The notes beneath the pieces are model-generated. The model made no database searches. It saw only the letters and a list, made by a program, of their open reading frames with translations, and was not told where the DNA came from. A stretch of 64,000 nucleotides of DNA from Caecitellus pseudoparvulus (Eukaryota > Protista > Bigyra: Bicosoecida). The stretch spans positions 682,001 through 746,000 of the forward strand of contig CBFFRQ010000031.1 in assembly GCA_965644315.1 (NCBI GenBank), given 5' to 3'. Shown in pieces: positions 20,701-30,306 of the stretch; within the stretch, counting starts at the first letter, position 1, and each line of letters begins with the position of its first letter. Made by a program: the position numbers and the translations under genes.

Positions 20701-22648
20701 ATCTGTTCCTGGGCTTGGCGGCAGTACTTCGACCCTCACTTCGCTGCAGCTGCACGGCACGATAAACTTGCACCAAGCTGCCATGGACCCGCTTAGTTTG
20801 CTGGGATTCACGGGTATGTTTGAAGAAGCACCACTGTCTCCCCTTTGGTCACGTGTGCTCCTGAGCACTTCAGCTCTTCACAGGCTCGCTTCGGTGCTTG
20901 GATGCATAGCTGGCGGGCCGCAAAAGGTCTTGCAGAAGGTCTCAAGCGGTGCCCCGGGTTCCCTTGACTCGTTTGTTCACGCCATGGCAGTCATGTGTAG
21001 CGTCTCGTCCGAGGCTTACTTGGGGGGCGAAATTCGGCACCCGCTTGTGGATTTGGTGATGGTCGCCCCCGCAACACACAGCACGTACTGTGAACACGCA
21101 GAGGTAGCAGAGAGTGACCCAGCACTTTCAGACGCACCCCACGCTCCTGCTCTGTCCAGTGCAAGGCACTTCATTGGCCACCTACTGTCCGCATTTGGCG
21201 GTGCGCGGCTTGCCCCCCTGAATGCCACGGGTCCCGTCAGGCTGTCTGCCAAAGCACGGCGCGCAGTGGATGAGAGCAAGGCAGGAAGCGATAACCGCCG
21301 GAGAGCTGTCTCAGGATCACAAAAACAGCGTCCAGCCCCAGATGAATTGCACCTGCACGCGCACGTGCTTGCTCTGTGGCATGGCACCTGGTACCCAGCC
21401 CTCATCGAGGAGCAGGTCGGAGCTGCCTGGCGAGTCGCCTATACAACTGACGAAACGGTGGAGGTGTTGCCACCTTCTAAACTCAAGTTGGACCCCAGTA
21501 TTCCCGAGGATGGAAGAGACTTCGGGCCGGAGCCGCTTCTACCGGATGGGCAGAAGGTGACTGCGATTTGGAACCGATCAAGTGAGTGGCCCGGCACTAT
21601 CTCCAGCAGTCGCCTTCTGAACCACGGCGAATGGGTGTACACCGTACAGTTTGATGATGGTGGTGTTGAGAAGTCGCTTGCTTTGGCTCACCTCAAAGTC
21701 GACGGGGTCAGGCCTGTTCCAACAAGACCGCGAGGCTCCGCAGCCCCACGCACGGCCTCCGCCTCCCGCGAGCAACCATGGGACACCTCCACGGCTCCTC
21801 AAGTGTGGCAGAACGTGGAAGGTGGAAGCAAGGGCAGTGGCTTGCAGCCATGCACATCGTGTGCACTTCCCCGGCACACACCAGTCCCGTGCAGCATCAT
21901 GCAAGCTTGGAAGGCGGCGGGCGGATTCGTCGAGGAGTCACGGGAGACGGCAGCAACGCTTCGTTGGCAGCTGGAGAACACAAAGCCCTGTCCAAATTGT
22001 GGCATGAGGGTAAATAAGAACGGCGGCTGTGTAGCCATGGTGTGCACTTCGTGTCAGTACCATTTCTGCTGGGGTTGCCTGGGCCCAGAGCACAGCCACG
22101 CCGCCACATGCACGCGCCCCGTCCAGGACTCTAGGTTCAGGGTGGGAGGCAGTTCGAACTTTGAAGCCTGCAATCTGACAGTGCTGAAGTTGTCAAAGTT
22201 GGCGAGGGCCGCTCACTCCCTCTCCATTGAGCTCGGCCAAAGCACGCTCCGGGCATCGATGAATTGCGGGCAAGTCCTAGCACTGGAGCAGCTTCATGCG
22301 TGTGTGCTCTTGCTGGCAGCAGCATACAGGCTCTGTCAGAGCATGCACGTTCTCGACCACTTTTCAGGATCAATGGTTAGTGTCGCAGCCATGCTGAATT
22401 TTCGCCTGGAGGAGTTGAAGGCGGCGGCCAAGGTGGTTGAGAGCAGCATTCCACTTCGCTTGGGCGAGCCTGGGCCCTTGAGGGAACTGCTGCTAGGGCC
22501 TCTCGCTGGCGAAGTGGCTGTGTTCATTTGGATGGATGCATCCCGCGCCATTCACAGACTTCTGCACGCCTTGGACGCCGCAGTTCGCGTCAGTCTGGTG
22601 ACGGTCTCCGAGCTGCTCAAGGCCAACGCATCCACCCGCAGTGCTTGA
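14777..22648 (+). CDS. Cullin-homology + Ariadne-type RBR E3 ligase fusion with Tudor-like domains
   Basis: Intronless, 2623 aa. Cullin C-terminal motifs (PNRQVVW, SILLLF, LSVRQIAARLGI, FELNHKF, KAVITRHLKSVK); RING1 CPVC...CAHVACMNCW...CMMSGC; RING2 TKPCPNCGMRVNKNGGCVAMVCTSCQYHFCWGC. Confidence 0.85.
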   Translation: MEELSGVLWKHAEYCAAHSPLTLAHASFRWGCRAQPGSRETLGVVAEPSGAAAAACRAGEDACGASSATLAGETVAWVPLAEEWRSIQAAVLQWSASLISASSTFTEVAAIRALDFVIKTVSSRAQAFQELGMECQDALREALSVLVRNACAEPGEAAFASEFATRHQRPMRFGGSAPKAAASEGGDADHPWSSSMYEPEWLALELVGPSCIAMGEVHTLLASAVDTEQALDGRGSAHQAARLHIISRLSALDASLLELTLHLLRSAAAQGEAVPQGLHQQLLARLIARFSSSMCANMADPTSLKVLDAQSISPTMLRAAAILTLGPGEQEQPLILLERTLRVLQLEQRFEGDLAQEELEDHELDLQVHRLLLLQVALSVWTRNADAAGNLAANTVCAQRLSKIGAEMPSPEDPPGVLSKARKRLCPGSLFTLSGTEQGPRFAVGDEVSSLWSGGGNSSIFPGRVSAVKKEEDGFHFDIAYDDGDRDVGQVATNVFPRGAFDRTWASLPYLHGLVLEEAPGHPVDDVAQRLFRVALLGPPKVVGERSQLLVGFIREAALEPASMSTPFPDWLPSYLVRTPAGSLGFIKGRSLPQQGAAPPGAVLVVHALAGGGQGGSSFEESTDAAALQSITSMSGALTAAVQGPQSATKSLHRTQAMADMATVLWESLKLDASVTLKELCASTTGSVHESVPHAAAFVVFTTVLRALAATVAATAFANLPGRAHKACEFLNTAMQIGIKQGKVCPTARPDVDAAVATLAASECHALNCVRSFVQFLRPCTSQSPAACLAHGFLASQGWIHFGNWLRAAGHSAGGSVVGALDSILQQSAQPRHSMEALSSVYDLLSASFRAAGRFLPDSALLVHGFAQSVQVVLVRRLKRLLPDFLPELSNCMTKLLTQDGRLADEQASMQVLKAVRLLVEVLTLRIGVPQGIGSALPLLALAAQSGICVGALMGQANDSLDACIPEQLTHLPADEMKSALRHIALTLPDLCETTHLEPLLEAVRSAPLVHHAHKGSASARCTLLANPLMPTAALIWHDPGTLLLCAAWGQALQRTIRRQLLSALSASLTSVPDAIRIAAACSTLLHTALHQVPTLAFPNAPVCRSHATPLALAVLRQTTASQQATAATKICRVLALLSHPDAQDCVGPAHRLLHGAKARVSPVEVLRVSIASMADLTAALGCAELVEASLTPTIGCRLLRKECSPEAVAAWVASWDLKPPTRQVDPASSVARPVLHAWHAGTAAGLHSSCISDLESKHFLAKPYMPSQENRVERLCLKLGEEQQPAHFNLGVLPRSADLQATRRESWTSLRKMIRSFQCDWQSSWSTSTSSQAEGSPFSMNPIPALGRESAATATSAFIGPASVWRSVSSAGPMQLSLPPALRKGLLAAEAAYSTLWPNRQVVWDLPSSEAHIEAWLPLWKGVVVLDGISASILLLFQTTSCSMTAPRLSVRQIAARLGIPLPLHRQAATALLKLVSPGQAILTCSLVPGGNAYTGTPTFPPDCVFELNHKFFVPEEVVELRRRYTGRDPAVDEGQVRAWRRSLTKAVITRHLKSVKDVSFKNLHGAISEALQHLFPVSPAETRDCIMELQACGMLFSSCDADAPSPDVPPSLMTCFTEMKLAYCPDPLLVQAQATTDPAWSRSAPAPAPPPPEIEALPEPPQQPPLVKSDRSTIADQSLLIPSAMHGLELSLLPPDFGPWTSALRVMEKRNPASTTGLRWMMKQAAILSNTCGILFEEGMLMLAAEGGCVDVAVERFLACPLEQALRCGLPPGRLRRHTLNCVAKGMPPLCAAIGGFPSRDSARAVPCEELAQVLADFRQLPRGAASGQVAVSGAIPLSLNALDCCHSGVWSAEASLEEALSADRCAARSALEGIDCPVCLDEVPRSELWQPWCAHVACMNCWHEHVSAELARGSPWLTCMMSGCRACVSLGDLAQILDKSGGSAGGAPAHEHTIAAYATRFLKLALSAKGLPSVPGLGGSTSTLTSLQLHGTINLHQAAMDPLSLLGFTGMFEEAPLSPLWSRVLLSTSALHRLASVLGCIAGGPQKVLQKVSSGAPGSLDSFVHAMAVMCSVSSEAYLGGEIRHPLVDLVMVAPATHSTYCEHAEVAESDPALSDAPHAPALSSARHFIGHLLSAFGGARLAPLNATGPVRLSAKARRAVDESKAGSDNRRRAVSGSQKQRPAPDELHLHAHVLALWHGTWYPALIEEQVGAAWRVAYTTDETVEVLPPSKLKLDPSIPEDGRDFGPEPLLPDGQKVTAIWNRSSEWPGTISSSRLLNHGEWVYTVQFDDGGVEKSLALAHLKVDGVRPVPTRPRGSAAPRTASASREQPWDTSTAPQVWQNVEGGSKGSGLQPCTSCALPRHTPVPCSIMQAWKAAGGFVEESRETAATLRWQLENTKPCPNCGMRVNKNGGCVAMVCTSCQYHFCWGCLGPEHSHAATCTRPVQDSRFRVGGSSNFEACNLTVLKLSKLARAAHSLSIELGQSTLRASMNCGQVLALEQLHACVLLLAAAYRLCQSMHVLDHFSGSMVSVAAMLNFRLEELKAAAKVVESSIPLRLGEPGPLRELLLGPLAGEVAVFIWMDASRAIHRLLHALDAAVRVSLVTVSELLKANASTRSA

Positions 22649-22922
22649 GGGGGCGTGGAAGAGTATGCATTTGCTCGTCTCTAGCTGGCCAACTGTGCGA
22701 GGCTTGGTCTGGGTCATTTGGAATGCCACTCTTGGCCCATAGCATCGAGTCTGCACGGCACCAGCTGCCAAGGGTCAAGGCACCCCTCCCGCAGTCAAGT
22801 GGTCTGACAGCTTGAGGGGTACACACTGCACGCTGGCTGCCAAAGCGAAAAGCACCTAGTCCCAGGGGAATGAGCGTGTAGATAAAACAGCAGAGGGGCA
22901 TCAATGCATCTACGAGCAAGCC

Positions 22923-25900
22923 ATGGAGCATGCACAAGGTGCAAACGTACCAGTGAGTTTGGGAGCGTTTGAGCGTTTCCTGAAGCATTCAACTCATTCC
23001 CCTGCCGGCTTCAGGAGGAACCAAGTCAGGTTGGGGAAAGGGACGACTCCTTAGATGGTGCTTTACTTCAGTCTCTGCCCCCCAAAGAGGGCACTGGCCA
23101 GGAGGATGCAGCCTCCTCGCCAGATGCACAGGCTGGCGCTGGTCACCCCGATGGTGCGGCGCAGGAAGAAGCCTCCCAAGACAGGGGTGGCACTGCCTCT
23201 GTGGCAAGTGACAGTGAAAGCGCAAGCTCTGGAGATGATTCCTCGAGCGAAGAGGAGACAGACGACGAGTTCGAGGTCCCAGTGCGAAGCCACGGCGCGT
23301 GGGACGCGTTCGTGGATGAAGAAACTCGAGAGGAGTACTACTACAACCGCGAGACAGACGAGACTACGTGGGAGCCACCCATCCCCGAGATCATGCCCCC
23401 ACACCTAGCAGCACTTGAGTTCCTCTCCAAGCTCATGAGTAACCCGTATGACCCAGAGCAGCCTCACCCGCTGTCCTCCTTTGGACTGTGGAGCGTCTAT
23501 GTGGACCATGAGTCCATGTCCATGTACTATGTGAGTGTGCCATACCCCCCTATGCTGCAAGAAGTGAAGAGAAAGAACCTGCTTGGCCGCCTTCCACGCC
23601 ACAGTGCAACGACGAGACTGGGGAGACGTCCTGGGATCCGCCTGAGGACTGGGATGAGAAGCTGGCCAGCATCCCACCCCTCGCCATCTTGACAGAGGAT
23701 CCAGATGACCCAGACGAAGCTGCTTTCTTGAAGCTTGTCAGTAAGGATGCCGATGGTGGTGAAGGTCGCCCAACATGTGTGGCTACAGCAAGGGAGCCTG
23801 AGACTCCAGGCGGCACTGCGCGCAGCGGCGGTGCACCAAGCGAGCCTTCCGAGCCAAGCGCGCCTGCGCCGAGCACAGGCACTGACATCTCCGCCCAACC
23901 TGTGCCCCCTGACGTCCCAGGTGGGCCTGACCCTTCAAAGGTTTGGTTTGTGTACCGCGATATTGAGAGCCTGATGCAATACTTCGTGAACAGCAAGACC
24001 GGGGAGTCCCGGTGGGAACCGCCTGCAGCCATTGCCGACAAAGTTGTGCAGGACGAATCAGCGACGATTCAGCCTGGGGAGTGGGAGAAGTACCTCAGCT
24101 CTGATTCAGACGCCAAGGATGATGTTGTGGCTCGCGTCAATGGCTGGGAAGTGTACCAAGATCGGAAGTCTGGCCGATGGTACTACTTCAACCCAGACAG
24201 CGGAGAGACATGTTGGGATGCCCCCCCCGCGGTCATGGCAGCAGCCCCGGAGGATTGGGAAGCTGGAGGTGCCACGATGGATGCAAGTGGAAACGTTGTG
24301 GATGACTCCAGTTCTGATGTGCAGGATGAGTCTGAGGACAACTTGCCAGCTTCAGCGATGGAGGCATCTTCCCCTCCTTCCCGCCCTGAAACGGCGCAAG
24401 GCGCAAGTCCAAGGCTTGATTCCGTGCCAGTGCCTGAAGATCACGAAGAAGAAGACGCCCTGCTGGCCCTTGGGGCTCCTCAGAGTCCCGAGAGCCCGGA
24501 AGGAAGCGAGCACGCCGCAACCAGCCCAAAAGCTCCAGAAACAGCTGCTGAAGCAGCACCACGTCCTGATGCACCGAAACCTTCGTAAGTCCCTGACATT
24601 GGTGCATGTTACTTGATGCATTCTCATGCCCCCCCCTCCCCTTTGTGTGCAGGTTGGAGGTTGGCAAGGAGTGTGGAACTGCACTTGGTGCTGATGAAGG
24701 CAAAGAAGACTTGCCGCGCTCCGTAGCAGAAACACCACATGTCCCCCTTGACTCGGGACTCGCCCAGGGCCAAGCTCCAACGGAACCGGCGGAAAGCCGT
24801 CCTCTTCAGATGCAGGCAGCAGGCCCGCGACCTGTAAGTGGTGAGCGACAAGGTGAGTCGGCACTTGTGTCGGATGGATCAGGGACAGCGCAACAAGCCC
24901 GGGGTGACGAAGGTGACGGCGACAAACGTACCGATACCGCTGTAGAAGTCTCAAGTGCCAAGCTCGACAAGTCAGTCATGCCAGCAAAGGAAAGAAAAGA
25001 GGGCAAGAAGGGTAAGAAGGACAAGAAGGGTAAGAAGGACAAGAAGGGCAAGAAGGGCAAAAAGAGTAAGAAGGGAAAAAAGAGTAAGAAGGCCAAGCTG
25101 CCTTCAACTTCGGGGGCAGCAGGAGACTCAGATAGTGATGATGACGATCTAGGCGACCTTTTGGGAACCAACACTGCGGCTCAACACCACCGGCCACTAG
25201 AGGCAGGCGCTGCAGTGCAGCAGGGTGTTGTGCAGCTTGCACAGGTGCCGGCCAAGCCTCGTGGCGGTACATCGGTAATGGACGCCATTGCCATGATTCA
25301 AAGGGCATACGGGCATGCAGAGTCTGACGCTGAGAGTGAGGGGGTGGGCGAGGACCACGTTGAAGCTGAGGCCCATCCCACAGACAAGGCTGGAGAGGGG
25401 TCACCTCCGCGACCCCAGAAGAAGGCTGATGAAGGAGCAACTTACAAGATTTTCATGCCCCCTCCACCAAAGCCAGCTGACTCTTCCGGGCTGGGTTTCA
25501 ACTTCGCCATGACTGTGAAGAGCAAGAAGTATGGGAAGAAACCAGCTGCACCCGGGATGGAGCTGGAGGACCCTGAAGAAGTCGAGCAGCAGCGCCGAGC
25601 TGCCGAGCAGGCAGCCATCCGGGAGAGGATTCTCGCCGCGCAAGAGGCAAAGAGGAAGCAAGAGGAAGAGGACAGGAACCTTGCAGAATTGGAGGGGGGG
25701 GACGATGGGTCTGCTACTGCCCTCAATCTTCTTGCTTCTGCTGCAGGGCTGTCTGCGACCGTGTTGGCCCGCATGCTTGAGAAGAGGAAGTTGGACGACC
25801 CGAACAACCAAGGCCTGCTAGCCTGGGCAAAGGCATTCCAAAGCAAGACCAAGAAGCAAATTTCAACCCTCGAAGGCAGGCTTCGTCTTGACAAGGGAAT

Positions 25901-26276
25901 GACTGAGGAAACTGTGACAAAGTGCCAGGAAGAAGTCGCACGGCTAAAGGCTCTTGTGCAGAAACTCAAGGAGTGGGAGGCAGATGAACGCAAGCGCCGG
26001 CGCGAAATGGACGAAGCCATGAAGGAGCAGCTGCGACAGCAAGCCGAGGCAGAGAAACAGCGCCTGGCACAGAAGCGCATCCGCATCCAGAAGGAGCGGG
26101 AGGAGGCAAAGGCCAGGATCCTTGCCGAAAAGCGGCGGCGGGCTGATGAAGCCCGTGCTGCGAAGGCCAAGAGAAGAGCTGAAGACGCTGCTGCCGCTGA
26201 AGCCAGGAAAGCGGCAAAGGCGGCAGAGCTGGAGCGCAAGCGAGCAAAGGCTGCGCAAGCAAGGATGGCTCGATGA
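22923..26276 (+). CDS. Protein with four WW domains, KKx repeat and C-terminal coiled coil
   Basis: WW motifs YYYNRETDETTWEPP, YY|CNDETGETSWDPP, YFVNSKTGESRWEPP, YYFNPDSGETCWDAPP. Introns 22953-23014, 23531-23604, 24585-24652. Confidence 0.8.
25005..25094 (+). repeat. 9-bp periodic coding repeat encoding (KK[G/D/S/A]) x10
   Basis: KKGKKDKKGKKDKKGKKGKKSKKGKKSKKA in the translation; AAGAAGGNN periodicity in the DNA. Confidence 0.85.
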
Positions 26277-26295
26277 CGTGCATTGCGCAAGGCAG

Positions 26296-29200
26296 CTACG
26301 AAGGGGGCGGCTTGGCTGGGGCAGAGGGGGCTTGCATGCCGCTGACGAGCAGCTTCAGTCCCCAGCACAGGGCAGTGTCCGCGACGAGGATGAAGACAAG
26401 CCACTGCTGCAGCTCTGGTGTAGGGAGGGGCACCAACTGCAGGAGATCATTCAGGTCAGGCAGAAGCTCCATGGCACCGGCAAACGCCGCCGCGTATGAG
26501 ATCATCAAGCCGCGGTGCAAATGCTTGTTGTCGGCGAGCGCAAGCATGAAGGGCTCGCCGTGGTAGTTGACGGCGAATGTGGTCGTTTGCATGGCCCACG
26601 TCAGCAAGAACATCACGGAGTTGATCACGTTGGGCTCAAACTTGCCGTCCAGGGTGATGTCAGTGCCCATGTACGGGGAGAAGCGGTGCACGGTGAAAAG
26701 CATGGCCGCAAGGTGGATGAAGAACTGGCCAAACACCATGACTAGCAGGGGGGTGTTAAAGACGGAGTCAAAAGGCCGCTGGGGCGCGAGCTTGTCGAGT
26801 GGCTTGGCCCAAGACACCGCAAAGAAACAAGCAGCCATGGACATGCCAACGATGGTTTGCTGTGTGTCGCCCATGCGCACTCCGTACAAGAACAGCACTG
26901 ACAGCTGGTACGAAGCCACCAAGGAATTCACTGCGAGAATTTGAAACATCTGGTGCGTGGCCACCAGCGTGCACCTGCCTTGGCGCAGGATGTCCTTGGC
27001 CGCAGCGATGGAGGGCGACTTGGAGGTGAAGGGTGCTGCAACAGACGCATCCCCGAACTTGACCATTGCCATCTCACCATCGAGCTCCTTCTTCATGTCC
27101 ATCAGAGCTTTCTGCATCTCCTGTAGATCTTTGTCTTGCTTTGGTGCCCTGGGGTGACCCGATGCTTTCGCAGCTTCAGCCGCCTCGCCACGTTTGGCAA
27201 CGAACTCGTCCTTTTGCTCCATAAGTTTGTCTGCGACCTTCTCGAGTTTAGGGGACGAGATGATGGAAATGCCGACAGTGGCCTGCTTCAAGGCACCGAC
27301 ATCGTTCGTGCCATCCCCGCACATGAGAGTGGGGTAGCCTGCGGCATTCATGGCTGCAATAATGGCGCCCTTCTGGTCCGGCGACACTCGCGCAAACACG
27401 ACGCCTCTGCGAGCCAAAGCCGCCTGGAGCTCTGGGACCTCAGCCAGTGCTTCGAGTGCGGCACCAGTGACTGCAGTCGGGAGCCGGTCAGCCTTATCAG
27501 GGCGCTGCAACTCCTGCCGCGACACGGTGCGCACACTTGAAGGCTCCCCACCACCCAAAGCGCCGAGCACTGGCACAGTCCTGCAAACCAGGCCACTGAA
27601 GGGGGCTCTATCGACGGCCTCCTTCTCATCATCAGTCAAGTCATTGATACTGGTGTACAGTTGAACACTAGACTCTGCGGGTAAAATCCCCACCTCACGA
27701 GCGACTGAAATGGCGGTCAGCGGATTGTCCCCAGTGATCATCACTACGTGGTGTGAGCTTGCCTGCAAATCGGCGACAATCTCCGCGCTCTTCGACTTCA
27801 AGGGGCATTCGAGCACCAAGAAGCCAGCAGCTGTCAGGCCACTTTCCACATCCTCTCGGGGAACGCCGCTTGCGGATGCGGAGGACATGTGGGGGGCAGC
27901 CTTGTACGCAAGCGCCAGCACCCTGGCGCCAGAAAGACTCAGCCTCGTGTATGTGTCCTTGTACCCTGGTGGCACGGTGACCAAGCGCTCCTGAATGACC
28001 TCAGGAGCGCCTTTCGTCACGATGAGCGTCTCCGTCTTCATGTTGAAGCGGCACGCCACGAGGGCCGTCATGCGCCGCAGTGCCGATGAAAACGGCCACC
28101 TGTGAAGGACTTGCACTGAGTCGGTGCCCTTGCCTGCGGGCACCTTTGCAACAGCATGTGCGTCACCTTGTGCCTTTGCAAGTTGCGCAAGTTGTGGAGG
28201 CGAGAGGGGGGATGCAACGTCACCCGCCGCGACGCCCCACCCAAGCGCATGGAACACCGCCACCTCCAGCGGGTCGCCGACAAGCTCGCCGTCAACATCC
28301 AACAAGCTGTGACAGCCAGCCAAAACTGCCAGAGTCCGGGAATCGCTGGCAATCACGGGGGCAAGCTGGACACCCCCTCTCTCGACGGTGCTGCGGGGGG
28401 ACCTCGCGACTCCTGCAAGGCCCAGGACATGGAGCTTGTCAGTTGTCAGGGTCCCTGTCTTGTCAAAGGCTGCCACTTCAACCTTTCCTGCCATGGGGAT
28501 TCGGAAGGGCTCGGTGCAAAAGACGCCTTTTTGTACCAGGGCAGTCAGGGACGCGTTGACGGCCATGGCAAGCTGCACAGGCAGCTCAGGAGGTACGACC
28601 GACGTAACAATCATGATACAGTGAAGCAAGAGCTTGTACCGAGATCGAGCAGGGTCCTGCAGCCCCATGTGCAAGACATACCCAGATGCAGACACTGCGA
28701 ACACAAGAAGAAGCAAGATGAAGTAGTATGCCTCAGCATTGTCGACGGTGACTCGTTTTGTTGAGAACTGAATGGTGCGCAGCAAGTCACCCTGCGATGT
28801 GTAGAAGCCTGTTCGCAGCACAAAGCCCACTGCACCTCCATCAGGGGGGAGAGGCACTCCTACATGGCGTGCTTCTTCGTCACTGGGAGAGGCGTGGGTG
28901 AGGACGGTCGTGCCACCCATCACCACACATCCAGCATTGGCCTTGAGCCAAGCCTCAGGGTCGTCAGAGGGCACGTCGGCTCCACACATTCCTGCCTGCA
29001 CTGCATCTTTCCGATGGGGTACAGACTCGCCAGTCAGCATGGCCTCATTGGCCACCGCACCGCCTGCTAGCAACAAAATATCCGCAGGGCAGACGGTGCC
29101 CTCCTCCTCCTCCGCATCGGACTTTGCGTTCAGTGTTTTCCACAGCTCTTGCATCTGGGCCCACGTCATCGGTTTCCCATCGGGCCCCTTGCCGCCAGAC

Positions 29201-30306
29201 TTGAGCAACTTTGCAGCTTCAGCACGCTTCTCTGCAGCTTCTCGCTTCGCCTTCGCGGCTGCGTCCCGCCGCCGCGCCTCTTCGGCCAGGTCACGGCAGA
29301 TGGAGACGACGTCACCCGGCAGCAGCTCCTCCGCGTCCAGCTTTCCCCAGGTCTCATTGCGGAACACGAGCAATGGTGCTGGTCGAGGCCTCATGGCCCT
29401 AAGCGAGGTGTGCTGCCGGAGGCGCTGCCAAACAAGCGTGCACTCCAGGAGGAAGAGCGTTCCCAATGTGAACAGTGTGTAGTACACGTACTCGTCGAGG
29501 AGCCACATGCCAACACAAAACAACTGAAAGACAAAGAAGGGTGCTGTAATGTGCTCGATGAAGAGCTCTTGAAAAGTCGGGGAGGGCAGCTTTAGCTCGT
29601 TTGTCCGCTGGCCGTACTGGGACAGTGTGGCTTCAAGCTCCCTCCCTGCAAGGCCCATGGCCGACAGGTACGAGGCCTCACTGTGGCCCAGGGGGAAGGC
29701 AAGCTTCTGAAATGCCCCGTCTTCGATGTCTGAGCAGACATATCGAGCAAACTGGTACGTGAAGCTCCACACAGCGGATTGGCTCGCTGGCGGCACCAGC
29801 TCTGCGACATCTGGCGAGCCGCAGTTGGGCTGCGGCACTGCCAACACATGCGTGGCATCGTGTGCATGTGTGACTTGTGAGAAACCAACGAAGATCTTTG
29901 CCGACACTGACCAGGTTTGGCTCAACACAATCAAGACGTGTAGAACACCAGCCAAGGGCAGCACCAGCCACGTGACATCCTCGGGGCCAGTGAACTCGTC
30001 CTCTTCGTCAGCATTGCCCGATGACGGCACGCCCTCTTCGTCAGGGTCGAAGTCGTCAATCTCAGGCATGGAAAGGCTGGTTGAGAGCTCCTTCTCTGCA
30101 GCGCTGAGCTCGTGCTCTTCGCCGGCAACGGGCGCCGGCGGAGGTGGCAGGTCCGAGGCCTCCGGCGCCACAGCCCACCAGAACGCGAAAGCGGCGACAT
30201 ACAGCAAGATAACAGGCACGAAGTCCAGTCTAAAGACCTTCGGGACGGCCTTGTACAGCCTCAACGATTGAATGCGGGAGGCAGCCTCCCCAACACACCT
30301 CACCAT
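26296..30306 (-). CDS. ATP13A1: P5A-type ATPase (ATP13A1/Spf1)
   Basis: APFFVFQLFC, NEAMLTGES, TSVVPPELP, FDKTGTLT, MITGDNPLTA, MCGDGTNDVGAL, VKFGDASVAAPFTSK. Intronless. Confidence 0.96.
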   Translation of the reverse strand: MVRCVGEAASRIQSLRLYKAVPKVFRLDFVPVILLYVAAFAFWWAVAPEASDLPPPPAPVAGEEHELSAAEKELSTSLSMPEIDDFDPDEEGVPSSGNADEEDEFTGPEDVTWLVLPLAGVLHVLIVLSQTWSVSAKIFVGFSQVTHAHDATHVLAVPQPNCGSPDVAELVPPASQSAVWSFTYQFARYVCSDIEDGAFQKLAFPLGHSEASYLSAMGLAGRELEATLSQYGQRTNELKLPSPTFQELFIEHITAPFFVFQLFCVGMWLLDEYVYYTLFTLGTLFLLECTLVWQRLRQHTSLRAMRPRPAPLLVFRNETWGKLDAEELLPGDVVSICRDLAEEARRRDAAAKAKREAAEKRAEAAKLLKSGGKGPDGKPMTWAQMQELWKTLNAKSDAEEEEGTVCPADILLLAGGAVANEAMLTGESVPHRKDAVQAGMCGADVPSDDPEAWLKANAGCVVMGGTTVLTHASPSDEEARHVGVPLPPDGGAVGFVLRTGFYTSQGDLLRTIQFSTKRVTVDNAEAYYFILLLLVFAVSASGYVLHMGLQDPARSRYKLLLHCIMIVTSVVPPELPVQLAMAVNASLTALVQKGVFCTEPFRIPMAGKVEVAAFDKTGTLTTDKLHVLGLAGVARSPRSTVERGGVQLAPVIASDSRTLAVLAGCHSLLDVDGELVGDPLEVAVFHALGWGVAAGDVASPLSPPQLAQLAKAQGDAHAVAKVPAGKGTDSVQVLHRWPFSSALRRMTALVACRFNMKTETLIVTKGAPEVIQERLVTVPPGYKDTYTRLSLSGARVLALAYKAAPHMSSASASGVPREDVESGLTAAGFLVLECPLKSKSAEIVADLQASSHHVVMITGDNPLTAISVAREVGILPAESSVQLYTSINDLTDDEKEAVDRAPFSGLVCRTVPVLGALGGGEPSSVRTVSRQELQRPDKADRLPTAVTGAALEALAEVPELQAALARRGVVFARVSPDQKGAIIAAMNAAGYPTLMCGDGTNDVGALKQATVGISIISSPKLEKVADKLMEQKDEFVAKRGEAAEAAKASGHPRAPKQDKDLQEMQKALMDMKKELDGEMAMVKFGDASVAAPFTSKSPSIAAAKDILRQGRCTLVATHQMFQILAVNSLVASYQLSVLFLYGVRMGDTQQTIVGMSMAACFFAVSWAKPLDKLAPQRPFDSVFNTPLLVMVFGQFFIHLAAMLFTVHRFSPYMGTDITLDGKFEPNVINSVMFLLTWAMQTTTFAVNYHGEPFMLALADNKHLHRGLMISYAAAFAGAMELLPDLNDLLQLVPLPTPELQQWLVFILVADTALCWGLKLLVSGMQAPSAPAKPPPS

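Noticed and set aside
6413-22648. Functional link between Elongin C and the cullin-RBR fusion
   Set aside because: Separated by unrelated genes; no recognisable CUL2/5-type Elongin C-binding N-terminus.
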